This document shows positions 1 through 10,367 of a stretch of DNA of 64,000 nucleotides, one piece after another. Under the pieces are notes generated by a model. The model was not told the origin of the DNA. It ran no database searches and saw only the letters and a list, made by a program, of their open reading frames with translations. Source of the stretch: an uncultured Bacillota bacterium (GTDB lineage Bacteria > Bacillota > DTU025 > MWDF01); assembly GCA_963823655.1 (NCBI GenBank), contig CAWGMK010000010.1:224001-288000 (forward strand), read 5' to 3'. Numbering within the stretch: the stretch's first letter is position 1; the number at the start of each line of letters is the position of its first letter. The position numbers were made by a program, and so were the translations under genes.

Positions 1-308
1 AGGAGAGGTGGCCAGCCATGAGGCAGGCTCACTCGGCAGGGGCTTTCCCGGTAACGGGCGGACTTTACAGGGCGATATCACACAGGTGCCCCGAATTGCT
101 GAAGGAGCAGACCTCAAGGGTCGAGACGCTGGACGCGAAGACATTGAGGCTATTGAAGGCGCTGCCGAGGATGAAGACGCCCCCGTGCAACCTGATAGAG
201 GTGATGTCGTGCAAGCACGGCTGCGTGGGAGGGCCTGCCGTAATCGCCGAGGAGGCGGTGGCGGGCAACAGGGTCGGCAAGCTGGTGAACAGGAGCAAAG
301 TCAAATAG
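1..308 (+). CDS. C-terminal part of an [FeFe]-hydrogenase large-subunit-type protein (runs off window start)
   Basis: NLIEVMSCKHGCVGGP resembles the H-cluster P3 motif (ExMxCxxGCxxG); only the 3' end is visible. Confidence 0.65.
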   Translation, partial: ERWPAMRQAHSAGAFPVTGGLYRAISHRCPELLKEQTSRVETLDAKTLRLLKALPRMKTPPCNLIEVMSCKHGCVGGPAVIAEEAVAGNRVGKLVNRSKVK

Positions 309-594
309 GGACGGCGACGCCAACAGGCTGATTAATCGGCTTTTATAGGGCGCGATGGCGACTTCATCCGGCGGGCTCGTGAAGGCGGGTTGTATCGCAA
401 AATATGCATAGGGATGCTTCGCATGTTAAAGTATAATTAGCATTGGCCGATCGGAGATTTGGTGCTGCAGGTGGTCCACCAGATTTCCCATATCGGTACG
501 GCTGCCGGACGGCAATGGAAGTCAGGTAGAGCGGGAGGAAGGAAGACCACTAGTGTCGCAAAGGCCAAAGCCTTAGCAGAAAATCAGAAGGAGA

Positions 595-2244
595 GTGACA
601 ACAAGGATGAAATTTAAAAGGAATGCTCTGATTCTATCAGTAGCTATGGCACTCCTGCTTGCATTGAGCACAGTCAGCTATGCTTGCACGATAGTCGCCG
701 TAGGTCCGAAGGCTTCGACGGACGGCTCTACGATGGTCACCCACAACGACGACTCAACAGTCGCCGACTTCAGGCTATGGATACTGAAGGGCGGGGAACA
801 GAAAGAGGGGGCAACAAGGCCTCTGGTAATCGACGGGCATGACTACATCGACTATACAAACTGGCCAAACGTCGATTACACCAAGAACAGAAACGGCGCA
901 GCCATGGTTGTTGCCGAGCTCCCGCAGCCCAAGAAGACCTACACTTATCTGCATTCGCGCTACTCCTTCATGAACGAAATGGGCGTCTCCATGGGAGAGG
1001 CCACATTCAGCTATGACCGCATAAACGATCGTGAGAAGGCAATCTATTCCACGATGGTCTCCAACAGCCCCGGCGTCATCGACTGCTGGTTGGCCCAGGA
1101 CATAGCACTCGAGCGCGCGGCGACAGCACGCGAAGCAGTGAGAATCATGGGTGACCTGGTCGAGAAGTACGGCTGGCTCGGCCCCGGCGAGACGATCAAC
1201 ATCGCCGACGGCAAGGAAGTCTGGATCGCCGAGTTCTACGGACATGGCGTATGGGCCGCCGTTAGGATTCCCGACGATCATTTCTTCGCGGCAGCCAACA
1301 GGGCCAGGATCGGCGAGATCAACCTCAACGATCCCGCCAACTACATGGCATCCCCGGACATCTACCAGTTCGCGATAGACAAGGGCTGGTATGACCCGAA
1401 GTCCGGCAAGCCCTTCCTCGTGTACGAGAATTACGCCCCTTACAACGGAGTGTATTCTACACGCCGCGAGTGGCGCGCGCTTTCATTGGTAGCACCCTCC
1501 CTCAAGCTCGTTGCGACGGACAAGAGGTTCCCCTTCTCGGTCAAAGCCGAAAAGCAGCTGTCGGTACAGGATGTATGGAACATAAAGGCCGACTACTACC
1601 AGGGCACCGATTATGACATGAGCAAGGGCGCGGCAGCCGGCCCGTGGGGCAACCCCCTCAGGTACCCCAACTCCGACTCACGCGGCGGCAGCTGGGAGCG
1701 CACAATCAATATGCACAGGACCTGCTACCTCATGATCGGCCAGACCAAGGCATGGTTGCCCGATCCAATCAAGGGCGTAGTATGGTACGGCTACGGCGCA
1801 CCCGACACCACATACCTCACACCGCTATGGGCGGCTATGAGCAGCCTACCCAAGTTCTACACCGTCGGCAGCCGCTATGAAGAGTTCAGGCGCGATTCCG
1901 GCTGGTGGACGAACACCTATGTACAGGAGATCGCAACCCTCAAGTACCAGGCCGCTTCGAAGGACATCAAGGACTTCAGGCAGCCCCGTATGAACATGCT
2001 CTACACGATGGTACCGCTTCTCCAGGCCCAGGCTGCAGAGCTTTACAAGACCGACCCGAAGGCAGCATTGAGCCTCATCAGCGAGTTTGCGTACTCGACA
2101 TCAGTGTCTTGGCATGAGGATTGGTTGCTCTTGGGCGACAGGCTCCTCGGCAAGTACGTATTCGGCTCGACCAACCTTAAGACCACGGCGTTCCCGCAGT
2201 GGTGGAACGATCTAATCGGCTTCACCAAGATGCCCGGCATCTGA
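595..2244 (+). CDS. Secreted peptidase family C69 (dipeptidase A-like Ntn hydrolase)
   Basis: Signal peptide ending SYA, then N-terminal nucleophile CTIVAVG; STDGSTMVTHNDD, MNEMGV, ERAATAREAV, ANRARIGEI motifs. Confidence 0.9.
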   Translation: MTTRMKFKRNALILSVAMALLLALSTVSYACTIVAVGPKASTDGSTMVTHNDDSTVADFRLWILKGGEQKEGATRPLVIDGHDYIDYTNWPNVDYTKNRNGAAMVVAELPQPKKTYTYLHSRYSFMNEMGVSMGEATFSYDRINDREKAIYSTMVSNSPGVIDCWLAQDIALERAATAREAVRIMGDLVEKYGWLGPGETINIADGKEVWIAEFYGHGVWAAVRIPDDHFFAAANRARIGEINLNDPANYMASPDIYQFAIDKGWYDPKSGKPFLVYENYAPYNGVYSTRREWRALSLVAPSLKLVATDKRFPFSVKAEKQLSVQDVWNIKADYYQGTDYDMSKGAAAGPWGNPLRYPNSDSRGGSWERTINMHRTCYLMIGQTKAWLPDPIKGVVWYGYGAPDTTYLTPLWAAMSSLPKFYTVGSRYEEFRRDSGWWTNTYVQEIATLKYQAASKDIKDFRQPRMNMLYTMVPLLQAQAAELYKTDPKAALSLISEFAYSTSVSWHEDWLLLGDRLLGKYVFGSTNLKTTAFPQWWNDLIGFTKMPGI

Positions 2245-2266
2245 TAAGCTGATTTAATAGCAAATA

Positions 2267-2299
2267 GAAATCCCGCGGCGCAGGCCGCGGGATTTCTTC
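2267..2299. terminator. Intrinsic terminator hairpin between convergent genes
   Basis: gaaatcccgcggc-gcag-gccgcgggatttc inverted repeat. Confidence 0.8.
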
Positions 2300-2323
2300 A
2301 TGTATAGGCCGGGCGTCGCGCCC

Positions 2324-2557
2324 TTAACCGGGGAAAGCCTCGTACCCGACCTTCTCGATAGCCTCGATAAGCTTGCCCAGCTCCGCTTTAGACGGATCGA
2401 ATGAGACATTGACCTTCTTTGCCTCCAGGTCGATCTCCGCGCCTTTTACTCCGGGCACCATTGAAAGGGCCCTTTTAATGGTCATAACGCAGTGCTGGCA
2501 GGTCATGCCGGGCACTAAGATGACGTCTTTGATTACCAGACCGTCTGACATGCTCAA
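2324..2557 (-). CDS. copZ: Heavy-metal-associated (HMA) copper chaperone
   Basis: 77 aa with GMTCQHC motif and HMA fold pattern. Confidence 0.85.
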   Translation of the reverse strand: MSMSDGLVIKDVILVPGMTCQHCVMTIKRALSMVPGVKGAEIDLEAKKVNVSFDPSKAELGKLIEAIEKVGYEAFPG

Positions 2558-3315
2558 GACCTCCTGACGCTTACTTCGCCGGATAAAAGCCGCCTTCTGG
2601 CACCCGAGCCGTCCTCTACTACCAGGGCTCCGAACTCGTCCATGCCTATGGCCTTCGCCTCATAGGAGTTGCCACCGGCCAGGACGGTTATCTTCTTTCC
2701 CTCAAGAACGCTCGAAGAGCTTGCCCCTTTTAACAAGGACGCGCCCCCGTCCGACATATAGGAATTGTATAGGCTACGAAGCTCTTTTAGCAGCCGCTCA
2801 AGCATGACCGACCTTTGTATGCTTATCCCGGAAAGGCGCTCCACGCTTGCGGCTTTCCCTGACAGCTCCTCCGGCATCGGGATGGGCGGCTCGCTGAGGT
2901 TTATGCCGATACCAAGCACAACCCACTCAAGCCCTGAGGGTCCGAAACCCGCCTCGGGCAGCACGCCGCAAAGCTTGAAGCCGTCCAATTCGACGTCGTT
3001 GGGCCACTTAATGCCGGCATTCAGCCCTGCCAGGGCCTTAAGGCTGCGTACGACAGCAAGGGCCCCCATTATTCCGAGCAGCGGGGCTTTTTCGGGGACA
3101 ATGGCGGGGCGCAGCAAGATCGATGCCCAAAGTCCCCAGGGCCCGTCGGAGTGCCATGAGCGCCCGAGCCTGCCCCGGCCCTCAGACTGGGAGTCGGACA
3201 CAACTGTGGTCCATTCGGGGGCGCCCGATGCTGCCAGCGACTTAAGCTCGGCGTTGGTGGAGACTGTGCTCTTCAGCCAGATCACTTCTCCGGGATGCTG
3301 CTGCTGCCTCATCAT
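2554..3315 (-). CDS. birA: Biotin--protein ligase lacking the N-terminal HTH
   Basis: STN, QSEGRGRLGRSW, KWPND, KLCGVL, GIGIN motifs. Confidence 0.95.
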   Translation of the reverse strand: MMRQQQHPGEVIWLKSTVSTNAELKSLAASGAPEWTTVVSDSQSEGRGRLGRSWHSDGPWGLWASILLRPAIVPEKAPLLGIMGALAVVRSLKALAGLNAGIKWPNDVELDGFKLCGVLPEAGFGPSGLEWVVLGIGINLSEPPIPMPEELSGKAASVERLSGISIQRSVMLERLLKELRSLYNSYMSDGGASLLKGASSSSVLEGKKITVLAGGNSYEAKAIGMDEFGALVVEDGSGARRRLLSGEVSVRRS

Positions 3316-4160
3316 GGCCTCACCGTAACATTGTCGATGAGCCTGGTGCCGCCTATCCTTACCGCAAGGGCGATGAGGGAGGGGCCGTTCACCTGGGCCA
3401 AAGGCTGGACGGTGTCGTCATCTACGACTTCTATGTAATCAATGACTGCGGCCGGCACTTCGGAGAGTATCAGGCTTCTCATCGCGGATTTGATCTTCTC
3501 TGTGTTGTAGATTCCATCCGCCACCATCTCCTGGGCTAGCTTGAGAGACCGGGACAGGACAACGGCCTTCTCGCGGTCCATGCCGGACAGGTATGCATTG
3601 CGGCTGCTCATAGCAAGCCCGTCCTGCTCCCTAACTGTGGGCACCGGGACGATCTCTATTCCGAAATTCAGGTCATCGTTCATGCGTTTTAGGACCCTCA
3701 GCTGCTGGGCATCCTTCATGCCGAAGTATGCGCGGTCGGGCTTTGTGATGTTGAACAGCTTGGTGACGACGGTGGCGACGCCCCTGAAATGCCCGGGCCT
3801 GGACGCTCCGCACAAGTGGACTGTCAGCTTTTCGACATCCACGTATGCTAGAGGTTCCCTCGGATACATCTCCTGGGCCGATGGGGCGAATATATAGTCG
3901 ACGCCGACAGCCTCGGCCTTCGCGGCATCCGCATCGAGAGTCCTAGGATATGCCTGGTAGTCCTCGTTCGGTCCGAACTGTATGGGGTTTACGAATACGC
4001 TCATTACCACAAGCCCGCACTCCGATTTCGCCTTGCGCGCCAGCTCAATGTGTCCGGCGTGCAGGGCTCCCATGGTAGGCACAAGACCGATGCTTAAACC
4101 TCCGGCCCTTGCTGCTGCCGTAATCGCCCTCATTTCCGCAATCGTCCTGATTATCTTCAT
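3312..4160 (-). CDS. panC: Pantoate--beta-alanine ligase
   Basis: VPTMGALHAGH, FVNPIQF, SRPGHFRGV, GLAMSSRN, RLIDN. Confidence 0.97.
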   Translation of the reverse strand: MKIIRTIAEMRAITAAARAGGLSIGLVPTMGALHAGHIELARKAKSECGLVVMSVFVNPIQFGPNEDYQAYPRTLDADAAKAEAVGVDYIFAPSAQEMYPREPLAYVDVEKLTVHLCGASRPGHFRGVATVVTKLFNITKPDRAYFGMKDAQQLRVLKRMNDDLNFGIEIVPVPTVREQDGLAMSSRNAYLSGMDREKAVVLSRSLKLAQEMVADGIYNTEKIKSAMRSLILSEVPAAVIDYIEVVDDDTVQPLAQVNGPSLIALAVRIGGTRLIDNVTVRP

Positions 4161-4217
4161 ACCGCACCTCCGATTTCAAGTCCACCAGCCTGCAGACAAG
4201 CCTTGCAGGCCTGATTG

Positions 4218-5095
4218 TTACTTCTCGCCCAATATGGCTTTAAGCTCCGCCTCTTCTGCGGGGCCCATCCTGAAGCTGTTCTCAGCGGCAGGGAACGAGC
4301 CCGCCTTCACATCGGCCGAGTACTGGGAGATCGCGGCAAGCGCCTGGTTTCCCAGATCGGCGTATATCTTCACGAACCTCGGCTTCTGCATGTCCAGGGA
4401 GCACAAGTTGAGCATATCATAGGTGACAAGGACCTGGCCGTCGCAAGAGGCACCGGCCCCAATTCCTATCGTAATGGCGTTTACGCTTCTGGTAACTTCG
4501 GCTGCGAGCTGCTCCGGCACCTTCTCCAGCACTATGGAGAATACGCCCGCTTCGTCTAGCGCAATAGCATCATCCAGGAGCTTTTTAGCGGCGCCTGCGG
4601 TCTTGCCCTGGAGGCCATAACCTCCCAATGTGTTCACCGACTGCGGCGTGAGCCCGATATGGCCCTGCACGGGTATGCCCACCGAGACGAGCCTTTTAAC
4701 TAGCTTCGCCACTTCGGCCCCGCCCTCAAGCTTGACAGCGTGCGCGCCGGCCTCCTTCAGGAAGCGGCCCGCGTTTCTTACCGCCTCATCCTCGGAAACC
4801 TGGTATGACATGAAGGGCATGTCCGCGACCAGCATAGCCCTTTTTACGCCCCTGGCGGCCGCCGAGACGTGGTGGAGCATCGCCTCCATGGTGACAGGCA
4901 CCGTAGTGTCGTAGCCGAGCATCACATTCCCACAGAGTCCCCGACCAGGATCACATCAATTCCTGCCCTGTCCAGCAGAACTGCCATAGAGTGGTCGTAT
5001 GCCGTAAGGGATGTGACTTTCTCGCCTTTGGCCTTCATCTCCCTTAGGGTATTCACGGTTACTTTCTTTACGGGCTTATCGCTTATATAAGCCAT
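4218..5095 (-). CDS. panB: 3-methyl-2-oxobutanoate hydroxymethyltransferase (one apparent frameshift near 4925)
   Basis: N-terminus LTAYD..ILVGDS is in a different frame from [30 protein letters not shown]; GGAGG RBS before ATG at 5095. Confidence 0.93.
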
Positions 5096-6018
5096 CGATA
5101 TACACCTCCATAGCTTCGCTTATCTCGTCCAGCCCGGCCTTGTGCGGTGCCGGCCCGTCTAGCGATCTCCAGATCCTTCTTGGCAAGCTCCAGATAGATG
5201 GGCATCATGCCCGGACAGTGCTCGGCGATGAAATCCAGGTTGTGCTTAACGGTTATGGCGTCTCCTCTTACAAAGGGGCCGGTAAGCCCCATCTCGGGTC
5301 CAAGCTTTACGAACGCCTCAACGGTTGCCGCCGAGAGCTTAGCTAGGCCTTCGCGCGCTGATTCCAAGTCCAGGCCGCAGGCTTGCATTCCCTCTGCCGC
5401 CTGCGCGACCAGCGCCATAAGAAGGGGGGAGGCGAGCACCGCGCTTGCATGGTATAAGCCTTTCATCCTGCTTTCTATGCGCCTGAACTTGCCGCCCATC
5501 GCGGCGACAATCCTTTCGGCTTCAATTACGGCCTCATCATCGCCCTCGGCACAGAAGAGAGAACCCGGCAGAGTGCGTATCGCCATCTCGACATCCGGGA
5601 AGGTCTGCAGAGGGTGGAGCGACGCAATGCTGCCGCCAAGATCCTGCAGGGGCTTAAGGGCTGAGGACGGCAAGGCTCCGCTCATATGGTAGAAGCACTT
5701 GCCGGCCAGAGGCGCCGCGCCCAGCATAGCGCCTTCAAGCTCAGCCGCCATGTCGGCGGCGACTTTGGAGATCACCGAATCAATTACGCTAAGGAATACG
5801 ATATCCGCACCTTTTGCGGCCTCGGCGAGGCTTGATGCGCCCTTAGCGCCGCAGTCCAATGCGATCCTTGCGGCTTTGCAGCTGTCGCGAGACCATAGAA
5901 TGCTTACTTCATAGCCTGCCCGGCACAAGCTCACGGCAAGGGCCGTGCCCACCCTTCCGCAGCCAACAATTGCAGCCCTTCTCTTTGAGCCGGGGCTCAA
6001 GCCGTTCTTCTTTGCCAT
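5083..6018 (-). CDS. panG: Rossmann-like + DUF2520 protein (PanG-type ketopantoate reductase)
   Basis: [36 protein letters not shown]; first gene of the pan operon; ATG at 6018 has a GGAGG RBS. Confidence 0.85.
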   Translation of the reverse strand: MAKKNGLSPGSKRRAAIVGCGRVGTALAVSLCRAGYEVSILWSRDSCKAARIALDCGAKGASSLAEAAKGADIVFLSVIDSVISKVAADMAAELEGAMLGAAPLAGKCFYHMSGALPSSALKPLQDLGGSIASLHPLQTFPDVEMAIRTLPGSLFCAEGDDEAVIEAERIVAAMGGKFRRIESRMKGLYHASAVLASPLLMALVAQAAEGMQACGLDLESAREGLAKLSAATVEAFVKLGPEMGLTGPFVRGDAITVKHNLDFIAEHCPGMMPIYLELAKKDLEIARRAGTAQGRAGRDKRSYGGVYRWLI

Positions 6019-6028
6019 CGAGTCCTCC

Positions 6029-6115
6029 AAAATAAAGTCCGGGCACCATGCCCGGACGAAGCTGTCGATCCGCAAAAGGCATGGAGTACGGTTCGTCATA
6101 GTCTGATACCGTCTC
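6029..6115 (-). promoter_or_regulatory. pan RNA motif-like leader with attenuating terminator
   Basis: Minus strand: bulged hairpin GAGACGGT...ACCGTACTC (6115-6084), then GTCCGGGCA-tgg-TGCCCGGAC plus TTTATTTT directly before the panG RBS; TAGAAT -10 at 6144-6139. Confidence 0.65.
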
Positions 6116-6191
6116 ATATTGAAGCCTTACTATCTGATATTCTATGCCCTGCCGCATATACCTGCCGGGCTTGGAAGGTTGCTCCCGATCG

Positions 6192-6578
6192 TCAGGTGAG
6201 CACTATCTCCGCCTCGGCATATTCCGCAAAACCGCCCACCGGCGGCACGGGCTTTCTTACCCTTACCGCGACTTTTTGCGGATGGTACTCATCCATCAGC
6301 CGCGCTGCGATGTCGTATGCGAGCGTCTCGATCAGGTTCCTCTTCTCTCCCCCGATAACCTCGCCTGCGATGATGTAGACATGTCCGTAGTCAATGGTAA
6401 GCGCCAGGTCGTCCGACAGCGCCGCGGGCTCAAGGTCGATGAAGAAGTCAGCGTCTACGAAATAGGCCTGGCCGTTCTCCCTCTCTTCCGGAAGGCATCC
6501 GTGGTAGCCGTAGAATTCCATCGATTTGATGCTTATCCTGCCCGTTTCAATCTTGCGCAAATGTCCCACCGCCTTCAA
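6192..6578 (-). CDS. folB: Dihydroneopterin aldolase
   Basis: FYGYHGCLPEERENGQ, SDDLALTIDY, NLIETLA, VRVRKP. Confidence 0.93.
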   Translation of the reverse strand: MKAVGHLRKIETGRISIKSMEFYGYHGCLPEERENGQAYFVDADFFIDLEPAALSDDLALTIDYGHVYIIAGEVIGGEKRNLIETLAYDIAARLMDEYHPQKVAVRVRKPVPPVGGFAEYAEAEIVLT

Positions 6579-6590
6579 AAGCCAAATGGG

Positions 6591-7827
6591 CTAAGCTCTT
6601 AGGGCATCGGCCACCTTCGCGGCCTGGGCTGATTCTGCAACATCGTGTACTCTCACAATGTCGGCGCCGGCGAGTATTGCAGCAGTAAGGGCCGCCAGGC
6701 TGCCCGGCATCCTGAGAGAGGCGTCCTTGATGCCGGTGAGCTTCCCTATGGTGCTCTTGCGGGACAGGCCGGCAAGTACAGGATAACCCAGGTTGGCAAA
6801 CTCCCGCAATCTCATGAGAAGCTCGATGTTCTGTTCAGGAGTTTTCGAGAAACCGAAGCCCGGGTCAAGGATTATGGAGCTTTCATTCCACGCCGGCCTC
6901 AATTGCCTGCGCAGCCCTTTCGAGGATCTCTGAGGAAACATCCTTCACCACATCGGCATATTCGGTATGCTGCATCATGTCCGCGGGCGTCCCCCTCATA
7001 TGCATGAGCACAAGCCCTGCTTTGAAGGAGGCGGTAAGCTCTGCGATGCGTGTGCCTTGGGCCAGAGCGCTGACATCGTTTATTATGTGCGCCCCTTCAT
7101 CGAGGCTTGCTTTCGCGACTTCCGGTTTCATCGTATCCACCGATATGATGGCGTCCGTCTTTTCGGCCAGGTACCGGACTACGCCGATTACCCTCTGGAG
7201 CTCCTCTTCGGCGCTAACCGCGGCTGAGCCCGGCCTTGTGGATTCCCCGCCGATGTCGATTATATCGGCGCCTTCTTCCAGCATGCGGATGCGAATGCGC
7301 GATCGCGTCCTCAGCTTTATAATGCTTGCCGCCGTCCGAAAACGAATCCGGCGTGACGTTCAATATGCCCATTATGTAGGTGCGTACGCCCATTGGTAGG
7401 AGCCGATCCCGAAGAAGGAGAGGCTTTCTCGTAAGGCGCGGATCATCCATGGACTCAAGTACCGAAGCCAGCTTCTTCAGCCCGAATGGCTGCATGCGGA
7501 GCTTATCGATAAATCTGCCGATGTGGGAGTGCGAGAGAAGCAACACCAAGTCGGTATGATCGGCCCTCAGGCCCGCCACATCTATCGAATAGGCGGCGTC
7601 CCCGCCAACCGAGAGTGCCTCCTGCTTGATAATAATCGCCGCCTTCAAGGCACGCCGTCCACCCTTATGGCGATAGGAAGCGCCTTCCTCAGCATGATCT
7701 TAAGGCCTGCAGGGCTGCAGCCGGTTTCGGCCATGTTCGCCTCCGCGGCCTTCGAATCCCTATAGGCGACGAGCCTGGCCGAGGAGGACCAGTGTTCAGC
7801 CTGCGATAAGTTCACACCAGCCGGCAT
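6591..7827 (-). CDS. folP: Dihydropteroate synthase with N-terminal extension (split over four ORFs by apparent frameshifts)
   Basis: IMGILNVTPDSFSDGG, IDIGGESTRPG, ISVDT, INDVS, LMHMRG, DPGFGFSK, SRKS, VRVHDV in consecutive frames. Confidence 0.92.
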
Positions 7828-7828
7828 A

Positions 7829-8383
7829 TCAGCTGTGCTTCGAAACCGGCAGCCTTCTTGCCGCCTTGGCGACTATCCATGCGATGACGCTGTCGACTGC
7901 ATGGTGCGCCATGGTCCCGAAAAGGACGATGAGCACGGCGGTAACCAGGGTTATGTCGGAGGCTGTGACGCCCGTGCCGCCTGTGAGGGGAAGGCCGAAT
8001 ACGGTGACCATGAGCATGATGGCCACTACCTCAAGAAAACCGTGCAGCGGGGCGGTGGCAATCAGAGCAGAGGTGTAGCTTGCGCCCTTCTTGATCATCA
8101 AAGCGCCGGCAAATGCCCATATCGAATGGGTCAGGGCCCTTGCGGTTATCATTAAGCCCACGGACGACGCGCCATAGGAGATGAGAAATCCTATCGCCGT
8201 GCCTATGCCCACCATGATCGCCACAACCGGCGAGATCAGCATGGAAAGCAGCACCGGCACGTGGGAGGCGAGCGTTGCCGAGAAGGGGGGGATGAAGACC
8301 CTCAAATAGGCGCCGAACATGACCGGTATCATAATGCCCAGGGCGGTGAGAACCGCTCCGTATGCGATATCCCTTGGTTTCAT
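7829..8383 (-). CDS. ECF transporter S component (NiaX-like)
   Basis: 184 aa hydrophobic protein; PPFSATLASHVP and GTMAHHAVD motifs. Confidence 0.8.
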   Translation of the reverse strand: MKPRDIAYGAVLTALGIMIPVMFGAYLRVFIPPFSATLASHVPVLLSMLISPVVAIMVGIGTAIGFLISYGASSVGLMITARALTHSIWAFAGALMIKKGASYTSALIATAPLHGFLEVVAIMLMVTVFGLPLTGGTGVTASDITLVTAVLIVLFGTMAHHAVDSVIAWIVAKAARRLPVSKHS

Positions 8384-8418
8384 TGGACCACCTTCCTTGT
8401 AGGAGGCAGGGCTTTTTG

Positions 8419-9019
8419 CTATTGCCTCCTGATGAGTTTATCTGCGATGTCGAGGACTTGTTTCTTCAAGCCTATCCTATCATGGGTGATAGCCCATATG
8501 AGCTCCTCCGACTTGCGGACCGTATCGGCGTCCTTGATCTCGGCCAGGTAGAAGGATGCGCTCATAAGCGCGCTTCCCGCCGCCGCGTCGAGTAGCATCG
8601 AAGCTGTCGCCAGGTCCAGGGCATGCATGCGGTCAACGCTTTCTGCCGCCAGCTTTGCCAGGGACTGACCGAAATAGGAGGCCTCCAGCAGGGCGATCGA
8701 TGCGTCGATGCCCGCAGAAAGGGCATGTGCCGGCGCTGCCGTCCGTAAATGAGCAGATGAGCTCATCCGCCGCATCTAGCCTTCCTGCCATATCCTCAAG
8801 CTCCCGGGCCAGCGCGATCGCCTTCAAGCAGACACCGTCCTGCCCTTACTGGTCCTTCGAGCAGGCAGCCCTCGAAAGAAGCGCCGCAGCGGCAGCGGCC
8901 GAGACGCAAGCCACCGAGGCGCCGCCAAGGCGGATGTCCTCATCGGCCGCCGCCTCGCAAAGATCCCTGATGCTCATCCCCGGAATGCCGGACTCATCTT
9001 TTGCGATCAGGTCTTCCAT
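8419..9019 (-). CDS. Formimidoyl-THF cyclodeaminase-like protein (apparent frameshift)
   Basis: GGASVACVSAAAAAAL motif; follows the formimidoyltransferase; two ORF pieces, divergent sequence. Confidence 0.7.
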
Positions 9020-9020
9020 C

Positions 9021-9977
9021 TTAGGACTTCCTCCAGACCAGCGCCTCCAGCACCTGCTCCTCATCTAGGGAGGGGAGCATCAGGGCCGCCGCCGCGGTTT
9101 TCATTAGATATTTCAAAGGTATGAGGCCGATTAGCTCGCCTTCGGACGCCTCCACCCCGTATTTGGCTGCCTCCTTGCGTATGGCAGCGAGCGCCTCCAA
9201 AGGCGGGGTTACGTCGCAGTCCACCAGGTTCATGGAGACCTGGGCGCATCCTTTATCCTCTATCATGAAACCGAGCGCCTTGACCTTGGGCAGGCCGCCG
9301 TCCCGCTCGCGAATGGCTTTCGCAATCTTCTTGGCGATGCCGACATCGGACGTGTTCAGGTTCACATTGTATGCGACGAGGAATTGCCTTGCGCCAACGA
9401 CGCTTGCCCCGGCGCTCTCGTGAAGGCCCGGGCCCCCGACATCAGGCTTGCGGTCGGGGTTGGACAGCGCCTCGACAGAAAGCCCCTCGAATTCGCCCTT
9501 CCTTATGTCTGCGAGATTTGTCCTGTCAGGCCTTCTCGCCGCGGCCTCGTAAAAGTAGACCGGGATGCCCAGCTCGCTCCATGCCAGATCCCCGACTATC
9601 CACGACAGCTCGGCGCACTGCTGCATGCTGATGCCGCCGATTGGCACAAAGGGCACGACATCGGTGGCGCCGATTCTAGGGTGCTCCCCCTGATGCTTTC
9701 TCAGGTCTATTAGCTCCTTGGCCTTTTTCATACCGAGAAGAGCGGCGTGTGCCACCGAGGCAGGGGAGCCTGCAATGGTCATGACGGTCCTGTTGTGGTC
9801 AAGATCGGAGGTAGTATGCAGAAGGCTTGCGCCGTCGACTGACGACACCGCAGAGGCGATGGCGTCGATTACCTCTTTGCGCCTGCCTTCGCTGAAATTG
9901 GGCACGCATTCTACCAGCGCACGCCCCAGCCCGTTATTGGCCTCGAATTCCTTCAGACGTTGGGAGATATCCTTCAT
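9021..9977 (-). CDS. ftcd: Glutamate formimidoyltransferase
   Basis: ECVPNFSEGRR, DHNRTV, HQGEHPRIGATDVVPFVP, AQVSMNL. Confidence 0.95.
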   Translation of the reverse strand: MKDISQRLKEFEANNGLGRALVECVPNFSEGRRKEVIDAIASAVSSVDGASLLHTTSDLDHNRTVMTIAGSPASVAHAALLGMKKAKELIDLRKHQGEHPRIGATDVVPFVPIGGISMQQCAELSWIVGDLAWSELGIPVYFYEAAARRPDRTNLADIRKGEFEGLSVEALSNPDRKPDVGGPGLHESAGASVVGARQFLVAYNVNLNTSDVGIAKKIAKAIRERDGGLPKVKALGFMIEDKGCAQVSMNLVDCDVTPPLEALAAIRKEAAKYGVEASEGELIGLIPLKYLMKTAAAALMLPSLDEEQVLEALVWRKS

Positions 9978-10232
9978 GAAGCACCTCCAATGACCATGAT
10001 ATCAATTTCTACGCGCCCGGGCACATACCTTCACGCCCACACCGGCATTATTTGAGCATCTTAGTAAGCGACGGTTTTTGCCTACCGCTTTGTACGGAAT
10101 TGGTAAGCAGCAACATCGAGTCTGCTTTAGGGGCCTGCTTGCAGGCAGCATTTAGAAACAAAAGGGCATAGCATGGACGATCCCAGCTATGCCCGAAAGG
10201 CTGCTCGTATTCGGTTATTTCGCTAAAATAGC

Positions 10233-10355
10233 CTATTTGAAAGCCTTCAGCATGATGACGATGGAAATCCATATGACAATTATGACGCCGAATACCCCTG
10301 CCATGCCTTTTGCGATGATCGGAAGCGTCGGTACAATCGCTTGAAAATTAAACAT
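10233..10355 (-). CDS. OadG-related 40-aa single-TM subunit (not in the ORF track)
   Basis: Hand translation MFNFQAIVPTLPIIAKGMAGVFGVIIVIWISIVIMLKAFK; GGAGGT RBS; directly after the beta-subunit gene; GMxGVF pattern. Confidence 0.75.
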   Translation of the reverse strand: MFNFQAIVPTLPIIAKGMAGVFGVIIVIWISIVIMLKAFK

Positions 10356-10367
10356 ATCCCATACCTC

